A stretch of DNA of 62,422 bases from Patescibacteria group bacterium (GCA_041645555.1 JBAZPX010000005.1:1-62422); one strand, 5' to 3'; counted from the stretch's first letter, positions 16,275-25,049 are shown. Notes: a model not told the origin generated them from the sequence alone. A program made the numbers and translations.

Positions 16275-17144
16275 ATGAGGAGTAAAGAATGGCGGGGGAA
16301 GATTCTTGAGCAAAGGATAAAAAACCGCAAAAATTACATGCAGGGTCCGAAATCCTCGCAACAGCAATGGCAGACCTATGGGCGGCTGTTTAAGGTCGCA
16401 TTAAATGGGCGGAAGAATTCGGTCATATTAATTCTCGGATCTACTCCCGAATTACGGGATCTGGCCTTAAGTTATAAAAATTCAAAGCTTATTACGGCCG
16501 ATCTTAATCCTGATATGATTTCCGGAATGTCGGAATTGATGAAATTCAAAAATTCAAAAAGAGAGGCAATTTTGATAAGAGAATGGTCGAAAATGAAAGT
16601 TAAAGAAAATAGCCTGGATTTGATCGCCGGCGATGCGGCCATGGTTAATTTAAATTTAAAACAGCTGCACGCCTTTTTTTCTTTGGCATCACGCGCTTTA
16701 AAGCCCGGAGGGAAGATTGTGCTTCGGGAAGCCGTCCGGGTAAGTAAATTAATACTTCCCCCAGAATCGATAATAAAGAAATCAAGGGAAGAGAAATGGC
16801 ATTGGTTCGATTTGCATGCCTTCTTGTGCTTTGGCTCCAGCGGAAAATGGTATAATAAAAAAACCTTCAAAAATTTCATGGCCGTTTTTTATAAATGGGC
16901 GGAGAAAGAATTTTTTGAAAAAAAATTTACTAAAGAAGAATATAAGAAATTACGCGCCTGGAAAGGAAATTTAGTCCACTCAATCCTGCCGGAGAAAAAA
17001 TTTCAGGGCATATTCCATGAATTTTTTATTCCGCTTAAAGTCAATCAGCCGAATGATTTAAGATATCAAAAATTTATTAAATTCTTTTTTGGCGAAAAAT
17101 ATGGAAAGGCACACACAGAAATACATAAAAAGCAGCTGCGGTAA
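16275..17144 (+). CDS. Class I SAM-dependent methyltransferase-like protein, paralog 2 of 3
   Basis: Motifs ILGSTPELRDL, DLIAGDAAM and LKPGGKIVL. The track start TTG 16227 lies inside the upstream terminator T-run, so ATG 16275 is preferred. Confidence 0.55.
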   Translation: MRSKEWRGKILEQRIKNRKNYMQGPKSSQQQWQTYGRLFKVALNGRKNSVILILGSTPELRDLALSYKNSKLITADLNPDMISGMSELMKFKNSKREAILIREWSKMKVKENSLDLIAGDAAMVNLNLKQLHAFFSLASRALKPGGKIVLREAVRVSKLILPPESIIKKSREEKWHWFDLHAFLCFGSSGKWYNKKTFKNFMAVFYKWAEKEFFEKKFTKEEYKKLRAWKGNLVHSILPEKKFQGIFHEFFIPLKVNQPNDLRYQKFIKFFFGEKYGKAHTEIHKKQLR

Positions 17145-17964
17145 TCAATCGGCTGTTTCAAGGAGCAACCGGGCGGCGTCTTCGGCTCCGCGCGCTTATG
17201 AACTTAAAAATTATAAATTTTATCTAGCCAAGAGCTTAAAAAACAAAAAGAACCCTTTCGTTTTAGTTTTAGGAGCGACACCAGAATTGCGGGATTTGGC
17301 TATTAAACTTGGCGCTTTCTGCGTCGCCGCGGACGTAAGCGCAAATAACCTTGAAAAATTAACCGAGGTCATGAAATTTAAAAATAGCGATAAGAATTTG
17401 TTTATCAAAACTGATTGGCTGATGCTTGGAAAAATATTTAAACCCCGAATTTTCGACGCGGTTTTGGCGGATGCTTCGTTAAATAATTTTCCCCCGAAAA
17501 AGCATGAGCAAATTTTTAAAGACATTAATTCTTTATTGAAGCCGGGCGGCCGTTTTTTGGCAAAAAATTTGGTTTATCTGCCCGAAAAGCCTAAAGATAA
17601 CCTGTTTGAAATTCAAAAAAAATACGATTCCGGCGGAATTGACTGGCTTTGGCTGATTGTGCATCTCGGCTTGTATGGAGATTTTTATCAACTGTATGAC
17701 CGCCAGAACAAAGCTTTATTTTTTGGCAAGCTTTTAAAAGAACTTCTTTCTTTAGAGAGAGCGGGAAAATTTAAAATTAAAAAAGAGGATCTTCTAAGGC
17801 TGAAAAATATTTTGCTCCACGCCGAAAAAATCACCCATATTGTTTTTAAAGACGAAGATTTTAGAAGAATGGCCGAGAAATATTTTATTATTGAGGGGCG
17901 GGCGACGGCAAAAGGCAAAGAATGGACCGAATACGCGCCGGTCTGGTCATTTTTAAAAAAATGA
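17101..17964 (+). CDS. Class I SAM-dependent methyltransferase-like protein, paralog 3 of 3
   Basis: Motifs VLGATPELRDL, AVLADASL and LKPGGRFL. The start is uncertain: ATG 17101 overlaps the end of the previous gene. The stop TGA overlaps the next ATG (ATGA at 17961-17964). Confidence 0.55.
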   Translation: MERHTQKYIKSSCGNQSAVSRSNRAASSAPRAYELKNYKFYLAKSLKNKKNPFVLVLGATPELRDLAIKLGAFCVAADVSANNLEKLTEVMKFKNSDKNLFIKTDWLMLGKIFKPRIFDAVLADASLNNFPPKKHEQIFKDINSLLKPGGRFLAKNLVYLPEKPKDNLFEIQKKYDSGGIDWLWLIVHLGLYGDFYQLYDRQNKALFFGKLLKELLSLERAGKFKIKKEDLLRLKNILLHAEKITHIVFKDEDFRRMAEKYFIIEGRATAKGKEWTEYAPVWSFLKK

Positions 17965-19415
17965 AAACCGTAAAAAAATACATAAAAATCGCAACAAATT
18001 ATAATGTAAGCCTTTATCCGATTTGCCTGGTCGGAGAAATGCTTTTCTATGATTTTCATAAATTAGCGGGGAAGGATTTCGCAAAAGGCCTGGCCGTTTT
18101 TAAAAACAGGGTTAATTCATGGTATTTTATTCCGGGGAGCCGAGATAAAATAGCAAAAATTATTTTTAATAAAATTAAAAATAAAAATTGGGTTAAGCGC
18201 AATTTGGAGAATATCCATAAAACCAGCCGGGAGCTGGAAAATTATTCGGCTGGAATTAATAAACTGAATTTACAATCGAAAACCGACCAGGAACTCCTGG
18301 GTTTATATGAGCGTTATAATGAGTTATTTAAAAAAATGTATCTTTTTGGCTGGCTGCCAAACGCGGCCGAAGGAGACAGTTCCTTGTTTTCAAAAAAGCT
18401 TGAAAGGATTATTTTCGATAAATTAAAAAAGATAAACAGGATTAATAAATTGGGCGAATACTTCAGTATTTTAGGCGCTGAAGAGAAAGACTCTGAGAGA
18501 GATAAAGAGAGAGAAGATTTATTAAAAATAGTAAAATCCGGGAAAAATTTCGAAACAAATATAAAGAAGCACCACAAAAAATATTGCTGGCTTTATTATG
18601 ATTATGACGGGCCGGCTTTGACGCTTGATTATTTTATTAAGGAAGCGAAAAAGATAAAAAAGAACGGCGCAAAAACGGGATTGGAATTGGAAATGCTTAA
18701 GAAAAAAAGGGCGGGAATCAAAGCAAAAAGAAAAAAAATTGAAAGAGAATTGGGCCTTAGTCCGGCTGAAAGGGATTTATATGCGCTCGCCCGCGAATTT
18801 TCATTTATAAAAAATTACCGCAAAGACATTCTATATAAATCATATTGCCAAACGGAAAAATTATTAAAAAAGCTGGGGGAAAGATTGAATCTTAATTTAA
18901 TCCAAGTCAAGCATATTCTCCCGCGTGAAATGAAGCCTTTTCTTGATGGCGGCAAGGCGTTGCAGAAAATTTTAAATGAGAGAATAAAATATTCCGTCTT
19001 AGCCTATGAAAAAAATCCAAAAGTTTATATTGGGCAAGAAGCGAAAAAAATCATTGTTGAAAATACAGGCATCCCGATGCCCGTACAAGTACGGAACGAA
19101 TTAAAAGGGCAATCGGCTTGCGCCGGTTTGGCTCAAGGCAGAGTGAGAATAGTGAATACGCCGAAAGATATGGCTGGATTTAAAAAAGGCGAAATTTTAA
19201 TCTCGGAAAAGACGAATCCGAATTTAATTCCGGCTATGAAACTCGCCGCGGCCATTGTGACCAATATTGGAGGCTTAACTTGCCACGCGGCCATTGTGTC
19301 GCGCGAATTAAATAAACCATGTGTTGTCGGCACAAAAATTGCTACGCAGATTTTTAAAGATGGGGATTTGGTGGAGGTTGACGCGAATGCGGGGGTAGTC
19401 AGACTAATTAGGTAA
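17961..19415 (+). CDS. PEP-utilizing-enzyme mobile (phosphohistidine swivel) domain protein with a Lys-rich helical N-terminal region
   Basis: The C-terminal ~90 aa read ...GEILISEKTNPNLIPAMKLAAAIVTNIGGLTCHAAIVSRELNKPCVVGT..., the classic swivel-domain signature with the catalytic His. I saw no recognisable ATP-grasp motifs in the N-terminal 380 aa. ATG 17961 is coupled to the upstream stop. Confidence 0.75.
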   Translation: MKTVKKYIKIATNYNVSLYPICLVGEMLFYDFHKLAGKDFAKGLAVFKNRVNSWYFIPGSRDKIAKIIFNKIKNKNWVKRNLENIHKTSRELENYSAGINKLNLQSKTDQELLGLYERYNELFKKMYLFGWLPNAAEGDSSLFSKKLERIIFDKLKKINRINKLGEYFSILGAEEKDSERDKEREDLLKIVKSGKNFETNIKKHHKKYCWLYYDYDGPALTLDYFIKEAKKIKKNGAKTGLELEMLKKKRAGIKAKRKKIERELGLSPAERDLYALAREFSFIKNYRKDILYKSYCQTEKLLKKLGERLNLNLIQVKHILPREMKPFLDGGKALQKILNERIKYSVLAYEKNPKVYIGQEAKKIIVENTGIPMPVQVRNELKGQSACAGLAQGRVRIVNTPKDMAGFKKGEILISEKTNPNLIPAMKLAAAIVTNIGGLTCHAAIVSRELNKPCVVGTKIATQIFKDGDLVEVDANAGVVRLIR

Positions 19416-19440
19416 TCCGCCCATCCCGTGCTCGGTATAA

Positions 19441-19466
19441 AATAGCCGATATTGGCTATTTTTGTT
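19441..19466 (+). terminator. Intrinsic terminator after the PEP-swivel gene
   Basis: AATAGCC (19441-19447) / GGCTATT (19454-19460) followed by TTTTGTT. Confidence 0.75.
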
Positions 19467-19498
19467 ATAATTATGATAAACTAAAAGGAGCGATTACT

Positions 19499-20530
19499 AT
19501 GGATTTCAATAAGTTACAACTAATCTTAAAAGAAGCAGGGGAGCCGGCTTTTAGATATAGCCAGATTAAAGACGCTTTTACCAAGCAGTCTATTTTGGAT
19601 TTTAAAGATATTTCAACTATCACCAAATCCTTGGCCGAAGATTTAGCTAAAAAAATTTCCCCTTTGTCTTTTAAAGTAGAGAAAGTGCTTGAGTCAAGGG
19701 ATAAATTATCGTTTAAAGCCCGCTTGCGGCTTTTTGACGGGCTGGCAATTGAGACGGTTTTCCTGTCGCCCTTGTCAGGGCGCTGGTCCGCTTGTATCTC
19801 AAGCCAGGTTGGCTGCTTATTGGCCTGCCGTTTTTGCGCGACCGGCCAAGGCGGTTTTAAGCGCAATTTAACGAACGAGGAAATTACGGACCAAGTTCTT
19901 TTCTGGAAAAACTTTTTTAAGGAAAGGAAGCTATCCGGGAAGTTCTCCAGTATAGTCTTTATGGGCATGGGCGAGCCGTTCCTCAATTGGCCCGAGGTTA
20001 AAGAATCTTTAAAGATTCTAATTAGCCCGGAATTTTTTAATTTCGGCTCAAGGAGCATTTCCGTTTCCACTTCCGGCATAATTACCGGCATAAAAGATAT
20101 GGCGCGGGAATTCCCGCAGATTAACTTGGCCGTTTCCCTTATTTTCCCGAATAACAAGGACCGCAGCCAGCATATGCCGGTTAACCGGCGTTTTAATTTG
20201 GGCGACCTTAAGAAAGCCCTAACTTATTATTTTTCTAAGACAAACCGCAAAGTTTTCTTTGAGTATATTATGTTTAAAGGTATAAACGATCAGCCGGCCC
20301 AGGCCGATGAGTTAATCGAATTTATTAAGTCAATTGAAGGCGGGGCAAAGCTTATCCATGTTAATTTAATCCGCTATAATATTGCCAGCGGCGGTTTGGC
20401 TCCGTCTGATGTTAAAACAACGGAATGGTTTAAAAATTATCTTGCCCGGAATAAAATAGGGGCGACTATAAGAAAAAGCCTTGGCGCGGAGATAAAAGGA
20501 GCCTGCGGCCAGTTAGTTAGAAAAGATTAA
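19499..20530 (+). CDS. rlmN: 23S rRNA (adenine2503-C2)-methyltransferase, radical SAM (RlmN family)
   Basis: N-terminal FRYSQI motif. Radical-SAM cluster CLLACRFC (CxxxCxxC) in the context SSQVGC. C-terminal GA.IKGACGQL with the catalytic Cys. Confidence 0.9.
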   Translation: MDFNKLQLILKEAGEPAFRYSQIKDAFTKQSILDFKDISTITKSLAEDLAKKISPLSFKVEKVLESRDKLSFKARLRLFDGLAIETVFLSPLSGRWSACISSQVGCLLACRFCATGQGGFKRNLTNEEITDQVLFWKNFFKERKLSGKFSSIVFMGMGEPFLNWPEVKESLKILISPEFFNFGSRSISVSTSGIITGIKDMAREFPQINLAVSLIFPNNKDRSQHMPVNRRFNLGDLKKALTYYFSKTNRKVFFEYIMFKGINDQPAQADELIEFIKSIEGGAKLIHVNLIRYNIASGGLAPSDVKTTEWFKNYLARNKIGATIRKSLGAEIKGACGQLVRKD

Positions 20531-20799
20531 TTTTTGTTTAATATTAGCTAAAATTAAGTCTAATATTTGATTAAAATAAAGCGGCACATCCAGTGAAAAC
20601 GGGTAAGAGGGGATGATTTCTTTAAAATTATTGGTGTTTTTTAATATTTTACTGTATAATGTAATTAGCTTGTGGATCAGTTGTGGGTAAACCCCGTTAA
20701 ATAAGAGCTGTTTGTCCGCCTGTTGGGCGGGTAATTTAATGGCTTTTGCCTTGTTAAATACTTTATATTTAACGGGACAAGACGGGGTTATTTAACAGG

Positions 20800-20866
20800 G
20801 GTAAATATATAAATAAAATTAAGGATTTAGGCCTTTAAAACTCCTTAATTTATTTATATATTTACC
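20800..20866 (+). promoter_or_regulatory. Long AT-rich perfect-type hairpin in the HU leader
   Basis: GGTAAATATATAAATAAAATTAAGGA (20800-20825) pairs with TCCTTAATTTATTTATATATTTACC (20842-20866). That is 25 bp with one bulge and a 16-nt loop. Confidence 0.7.
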
Positions 20867-20922
20867 ATGAAAATTATTTTCAATTGATTCCACAAATTAA
20901 CAAATTAATTTTTAAAAAACTT

Positions 20923-21204
20923 ATGGCAAAAATGACCAAGTCACAAACGCTTTCTGCTTTGGCTGAAAAAACCGGCTTGAGCAAGAAAGATGTGGCTAAT
21001 TTCATGGACTCTTTGACCGAGATGGCGTATAAAGAGGTAAAGGGCGCGGGAGAGTTTGTCGTTCCTGGGATCGGCAAATTGGTAAAAGTGCACAGAAAAG
21101 CAAGAATGGGCCGCAACCCGGCTACTGGCCAAGAGATCCAGATTCCGGCCAAGACCGTAGTTAAATTCAGAGTGTCTAAATCTGCTAAAGACGCTGTTCT
21201 CTAG
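20923..21204 (+). CDS. hup: HU family nucleoid-associated DNA-binding protein
   Basis: MAKMTKSQTLSALAEKTGLSKKDV... then GIGKL.V..R.AR.GRNP.TG..I.IPA..V.KF, the HU/IHF arm signature. ATG 20923 is preferred over the track start at 20884. Confidence 0.9.
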   Translation: MAKMTKSQTLSALAEKTGLSKKDVANFMDSLTEMAYKEVKGAGEFVVPGIGKLVKVHRKARMGRNPATGQEIQIPAKTVVKFRVSKSAKDAVL

Positions 21205-21233
21205 TAAAAAGTAAAATTTCTAAAATTCGTAAA

Positions 21234-21272
21234 AATAATACCGCCCCTCGCAAGGGGCGGTATTATTTTTTG
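21234..21272. terminator. Bidirectional intrinsic terminator between convergent genes
   Basis: CCGCCCCT (21241-21248) / AGGGGCGG (21253-21260), flanked by AATAATA and TATTATTTTTT. Confidence 0.85.
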
Positions 21273-21284
21273 TTTTATTCTTAT

Positions 21285-21323
21285 TTATCTTTTCGATCCA
21301 GAGTAAGCTATAGCTCGAACCAT
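21285..21323 (-). pseudogene. Relic 3' end of a paralog of the adjacent surface-protein gene
   Basis: The minus-strand translation MVRAIAYSGSKR-stop matches the C-terminus VVRAIAYSGSKR-stop of 21379..22761. Many synonymous codon differences separate the two copies. In-frame stops lie ~14 codons upstream of the conserved match. Confidence 0.6.
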
Positions 21324-21378
21324 CCCGTCATCCGACGGGACAAGAGTGCTATGTACACGGCCGTTTCATCAAATATGT

Positions 21379-22761
21379 TTACCGTTTAGAACCTGAATAG
21401 GCGATAGCTCGAACCACATCCCAAGCAGTGGCAGCCGAAGGCGTGTAGCCATAGATGGCTTTAAAAGATTTAATAGCCGCTTTTTCACTGTTTAAGTTTC
21501 TGTCAGCCGGTCTTAGGCCATAAGCCATCACAGTTACGGCTGCGTCGTCATGGGCATTTGTCCGGTTCGGATCCCTTAAATAAACTTTTTTAAAGTTTAT
21601 CGTCGCCTTGTCTTCAGCCGCTTTGCTTATTTGGCTCGGCCAGCGTCCGTTAGCTATCTTTATGACGTCATTCCAGTCTGCTTCCGTAGTTGGCAATTTG
21701 CCCAACGCCGCTTTAAAACTGTTAACAACACCGGCTCGTTCGCCCGCGCCTAATACTTCAGTAGCTTTTGTGCCGTAAGTAACAAAGTTAGTTATGGCGT
21801 TGCGGACTTCGGCAGTAACGCTTGAGCCAGCTACCACTTTAGCGACAATTCCCTCGTTATAAGTTTTTTCTGCGGCCGCATCTCGGCTTACGCCCATCTC
21901 GGCGATAACATGGTTTACATCTGCCGTAGCTACTGTATTGGCGTCATCTGCCATCTGCTCTAAAGTGACTTTGCCAGCACTGTCAGTAGCTGGCACTCCG
22001 GCGGTAGTAGAAATTTTTTCTGCCGTTGCGGCTGGAGTGGTGGTAGTGGTTGGAGTTTCAGCAGTGGTTTCTTCGGGAGTGGTGGTAGTGGTTGGAGTGC
22101 AAGATTGGCTTATTGCTGGACTACCGCCGGTGCAACCGCTTGGCGACGAAGATACAATCGTTCTTGTCTGCTGTCCGCTAGCCGAACAAGTTCCCCAGCT
22201 AGAGTATGTCCAAGAAGTACAAGTAACTGGAGCGGCCGGAGTGATGGTTGTGGTACTACCGCCAGGACTACCGCCCGAGGCTTGCCCCGCGCAATCAGCG
22301 TTAACTCCGGTCCCGGTAACAGTATATCCAGAAGCGCAGGTAGCGGCGCCACAGGTAGAATTATAAGTCAGAGAATTAGATATATTCTTTTCGATAGGCG
22401 TTATCGTGTAAGTGTCGGCGGTCGTAGGAAGAGTAACGTAGCTTGTGCCTGGAGTAGAATTTTTAGCACAAGCGACCGTATCTCCCGCCAAGTTGGTGAC
22501 CTTAATTCCCTTAACAGTTGACTCGGCAACGGCGGAACTAACCATAAAAGTACCGGGATTAGTCACGGTAAAAGCGCCGCCACTATATATCCAACTTTCA
22601 GCGGTAGAAGTATCCTTAATAAGCATATCAGCTGTAGTCCCTCCGAAAGTGACAGCGTCAACCGTAATATCGCTATTGGCTGTAAATTCAGTAGTGGCCA
22701 GCGCCGGGAAAGCGAGCAGAAGAGCAACTAAGAATAAAACCAATTTAGGTGTTTTAGCCAT
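21379..22761 (-). CDS. Secreted/surface protein with a Thr/Pro-rich linker
   Basis: Signal peptide MAKTPKLVLFLVALLLAFPALA, so the start is taken at 22761 rather than 22827. The middle part is Cys-containing, followed by the TPTTTTTPEETTAETPTTTTTP linker. Confidence 0.7.
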   Translation of the reverse strand: MAKTPKLVLFLVALLLAFPALATTEFTANSDITVDAVTFGGTTADMLIKDTSTAESWIYSGGAFTVTNPGTFMVSSAVAESTVKGIKVTNLAGDTVACAKNSTPGTSYVTLPTTADTYTITPIEKNISNSLTYNSTCGAATCASGYTVTGTGVNADCAGQASGGSPGGSTTTITPAAPVTCTSWTYSSWGTCSASGQQTRTIVSSSPSGCTGGSPAISQSCTPTTTTTPEETTAETPTTTTTPAATAEKISTTAGVPATDSAGKVTLEQMADDANTVATADVNHVIAEMGVSRDAAAEKTYNEGIVAKVVAGSSVTAEVRNAITNFVTYGTKATEVLGAGERAGVVNSFKAALGKLPTTEADWNDVIKIANGRWPSQISKAAEDKATINFKKVYLRDPNRTNAHDDAAVTVMAYGLRPADRNLNSEKAAIKSFKAIYGYTPSAATAWDVVRAIAYSGSKR

Positions 22762-22836
22762 AAGTTTTATCAAATTAGTTATAATTGCTCTAAGTCTTTT
22801 CGTAAAACCGACCAAGAAAGAGAGCAATAGCTATAT

Positions 22837-23682
22837 CTAATTTCTGCAATCAATCGTAGAAGTAGCAAAAATACCAGCCGAAGCATTAGCCGCATCCATA
22901 TTTAGAGTAATATACATAACATTACCTGTTTGGTCTTCCGCATACATACAAAATCTTCCTACACCAATAGTAGAAGTAGCAGCATCAGCCCCTACACTTA
23001 ATTGAAAACTAGGTGTAGAAGTGCCAACGCCAACTCTGCCATTAGTAGTGTCAATCCTGAAAGTATTAGTTTGAGCCTCGGCGCCAACATTAACATCGCC
23101 ATAAACATCTAAAGCATAAGTCGAAGCGGTGGAAGTGCCGATGCTTAAAGCGTCAGGAACGAGAATATCATTTCCGGTTGGGTCTAAGGTCAAATCGCCC
23201 CCGGAGCCGACTGCTAAAGTTAGGTAGTTGGTTTCATTGTAAGCGATAAAACCTTGATAAGTATTAGTGCTGGTTATAGATAAAGCTCCTGTGGGGGTAG
23301 TCGTTCCTATACCAATCCTATTGTTCAAGGCATCCACATACAGAGTGCCAGCGTCAACCGTTAAATTTCCATCGTGGCTCATCGTTAAGTAAGTAGAGGT
23401 GGAAGAGCCTATCACAAAAGGACTTTTAAGTTCATCAACATCTATTGACAGAGTGGCGAGCGGAGTGGTTGTGCCAACGCCGACTTTGTCGTTTGTGATA
23501 TCAACATAGAGGGTATTGGTATCAACCGTTAAGGTTCCGGTGGTAAGAATATTAGTCCCGATAGTGGTGGCGTAAGCAACGCCGACTATGGCTAAGGCGG
23601 CGACAAAAGAAGTTATAGCAATCTGCGCAACTAATTTTGATTTAGTAAATTTTTCCATAATTTTTTTATTGTTCGCTCTCAT
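22837..23682 (-). CDS. Membrane-anchored/secreted repeat protein with tail-fibre-like (N.VGIGTTTP) repeats
   Basis: N-terminal hydrophobic anchor. Three repeats of L.VD...LYVD..N.(V/I)G(V/I)GTTTP...LS(I/V). Confidence 0.6.
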   Translation of the reverse strand: MRANNKKIMEKFTKSKLVAQIAITSFVAALAIVGVAYATTIGTNILTTGTLTVDTNTLYVDITNDKVGVGTTTPLATLSIDVDELKSPFVIGSSTSTYLTMSHDGNLTVDAGTLYVDALNNRIGIGTTTPTGALSITSTNTYQGFIAYNETNYLTLAVGSGGDLTLDPTGNDILVPDALSIGTSTASTYALDVYGDVNVGAEAQTNTFRIDTTNGRVGVGTSTPSFQLSVGADAATSTIGVGRFCMYAEDQTGNVMYITLNMDAANASAGIFATSTIDCRN

Positions 23683-24442
23683 AATTAATTTAATCGACTT
23701 TTAGAATTAAATTACCAGATAGAGCGGTTCATTTTATTAAGATTAGCGGAATTAATAAATAGGCCTATAGGTTATTAATTTTTGCTAATTTTTAATATAA
23801 TATATTAGAGGAGAAGAGAACTTCCCGTAAAATAAAATTTACGGAATCGACCTTTTAAAGCTCTTTATTTTTTAAATCCTCCTTTTATATTTTTATTATA
23901 TTATACTTTATGCTAAATACTAGGACATTTTTAATGAAGAAAATAGGACTTTAAAATTTACTTGCTCTGGAAAACATTCATCCTCTTTCCTGTAAAAAAA
24001 TAATACTGGCCGTCAGAAATTCAGTCAGTACTATTAAAAGTGATTTTTAAATATAGAATTCGGGAGAAAGTTTTATCAGCATTAACAAAAAAATTGTTCT
24101 TTTTTTTACTAAAACTAAACATAAAGCATGGGGATTATTATGTTTACGATTTTATTAGCAATTTGCGGATAACCGTTTGTTCTTCCTTGTTTATATTATA
24201 AGATATTTTTTGGATATTTACAATTATTGGTTGTGGATAACTCCGTTATAAAAATTAAATAATTAAATAATAAAATAAAAACGGTCGTGGAATGGGATTT
24301 TAAGCCTCTTTGGCTATGGTTAGGGGCAAACAAAAATACAGGGAATTAACCCCGTATTTTATCTATTTTTACCCGCTTGCCTTGCTTACGCAAGCATAGC
24401 GGGCAGGTATTATTTTGTTATTTTATTTTTATATTTTTAAGC

Positions 24443-24790
24443 CTATCTTTCCCATTTTTCTATATATTGCCCAAGGCCGTATTCGTTTAATTTGTTTTTG
24501 AGTTTTCTTTTGGTATACGAAAAAGCTATTAGGGATTCTAAATTGATCAAATAGCGGTTGCCAATAACTTTATACCTTAAATGGTTCGATTTTATGGCCC
24601 GCCTGATAGTTTTCGTCTGCACCCCGCCTAATTTAGCTGCTTCAGATACAGAAAGCCAGAGAGAGTTTTTTATGCTTTTTTCCAACAAAGGCAGATATTC
24701 ATTTCCCTTATCTTTTTTACTATAGTCCTTTGTGTTTTCAATATTGTTGGTTTCAAGGATTGGGGTGGGTGTTTTATATTTTTTTAACAT
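24443..24790 (-). CDS. Helix-turn-helix DNA-binding protein (excisionase/MerR-like HTH_17 type)
   Basis: LSVSEAAKLGGVQTKTIRRAIKSNHLRYKVIGNRYLINLESL fits the excisionase-family HTH pattern. Confidence 0.65.
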   Translation of the reverse strand: MLKKYKTPTPILETNNIENTKDYSKKDKGNEYLPLLEKSIKNSLWLSVSEAAKLGGVQTKTIRRAIKSNHLRYKVIGNRYLINLESLIAFSYTKRKLKNKLNEYGLGQYIEKWER

Positions 24791-24892
24791 CTTTTTGGGT
24801 TATTTCGCCCTTGTGCTACCGCTAAAGCTTTAGCGACACGCGGTCGGGCGAAAGCCGTACTACAAATACGGCACATGCGAATTTAGAACTTT

Positions 24893-24912
24893 AGTCTACG
24901 TTCTTGTAGACT
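24893..24912. promoter_or_regulatory. Palindromic operator-like site 1: AGTCTA-N8-TAGACT
   Basis: agtcta cgttcttg tagact. It is part of a 29-nt direct repeat (24890-24918 vs 24951-24979). Confidence 0.6.
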
Positions 24913-24953
24913 TAAATATAAAGTTAGCTAATATAAAACAATTTTTTAGTTTT

Positions 24954-24973
24954 AGTCCACATTCTTGTAGACT
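24954..24973. promoter_or_regulatory. Palindromic operator-like site 2: AGTCCA-N8-TAGACT
   Basis: agtcca cattcttg tagact, with one mismatch in the left half-site. Confidence 0.55.
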
Positions 24974-25049
24974 TAAATAGTATATATTTATTCAAAAAAT
25001 AGTATTTTGGCTGTTCCTTGCGGGTTTAAATAAGAGAAATGTTGTTTTA

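Noticed and set aside
16227-17100. Upstream alternative starts from the track (TTG 16227 for paralog 2, 17089 for paralog 3).
   Set aside because: 16227 lies in the T-run of the preceding terminator. For 17089 I preferred the nearby in-frame ATG at 17101. The starts remain uncertain.
19471-20157. 228-aa minus-strand ORF.
   Set aside because: It is fully antisense to the well-supported rlmN gene and has no recognisable motifs. It is a typical shadow ORF.
21938-22840. Plus-strand ORFs 21938..22366, 22105..22521 and 22445..22840.
   Set aside because: They are shadow ORFs opposite the minus-strand surface-protein gene, which has a clear signal peptide and linker structure.
24164-24240. Possible replication origin. 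A perfect DnaA-box 9-mer TGTGGATAA lies at 24232-24240 and a one-mismatch box TGCGGATAA at 24164-24172, both inside the 760-nt AT-rich ORF-free gap.
   Set aside because: There is only one perfect and one imperfect box. No dnaA/dnaN/gyrB neighbourhood is present and no clear box cluster or DUE pattern is visible. A single 9-mer is not compelling evidence. A genome-wide GC-skew analysis and the dnaA location would settle it.
22837-24790. Prophage remnant call, based on the tail-fibre-like repeats plus an excisionase-type HTH.
   Set aside because: No integrase, capsid, terminase or portal genes are present, and no att duplication was identified within the window. It is retained only as a low-interest island observation.
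24890-24979. Two 29-nt direct repeats with a 61-nt period that superficially resemble a mini CRISPR array.
   Set aside because: There are only two copies and no cas genes in the window. The repeats differ at 2 positions. Each contains the same palindrome that recurs a third time with a different context, which fits operator sites better.
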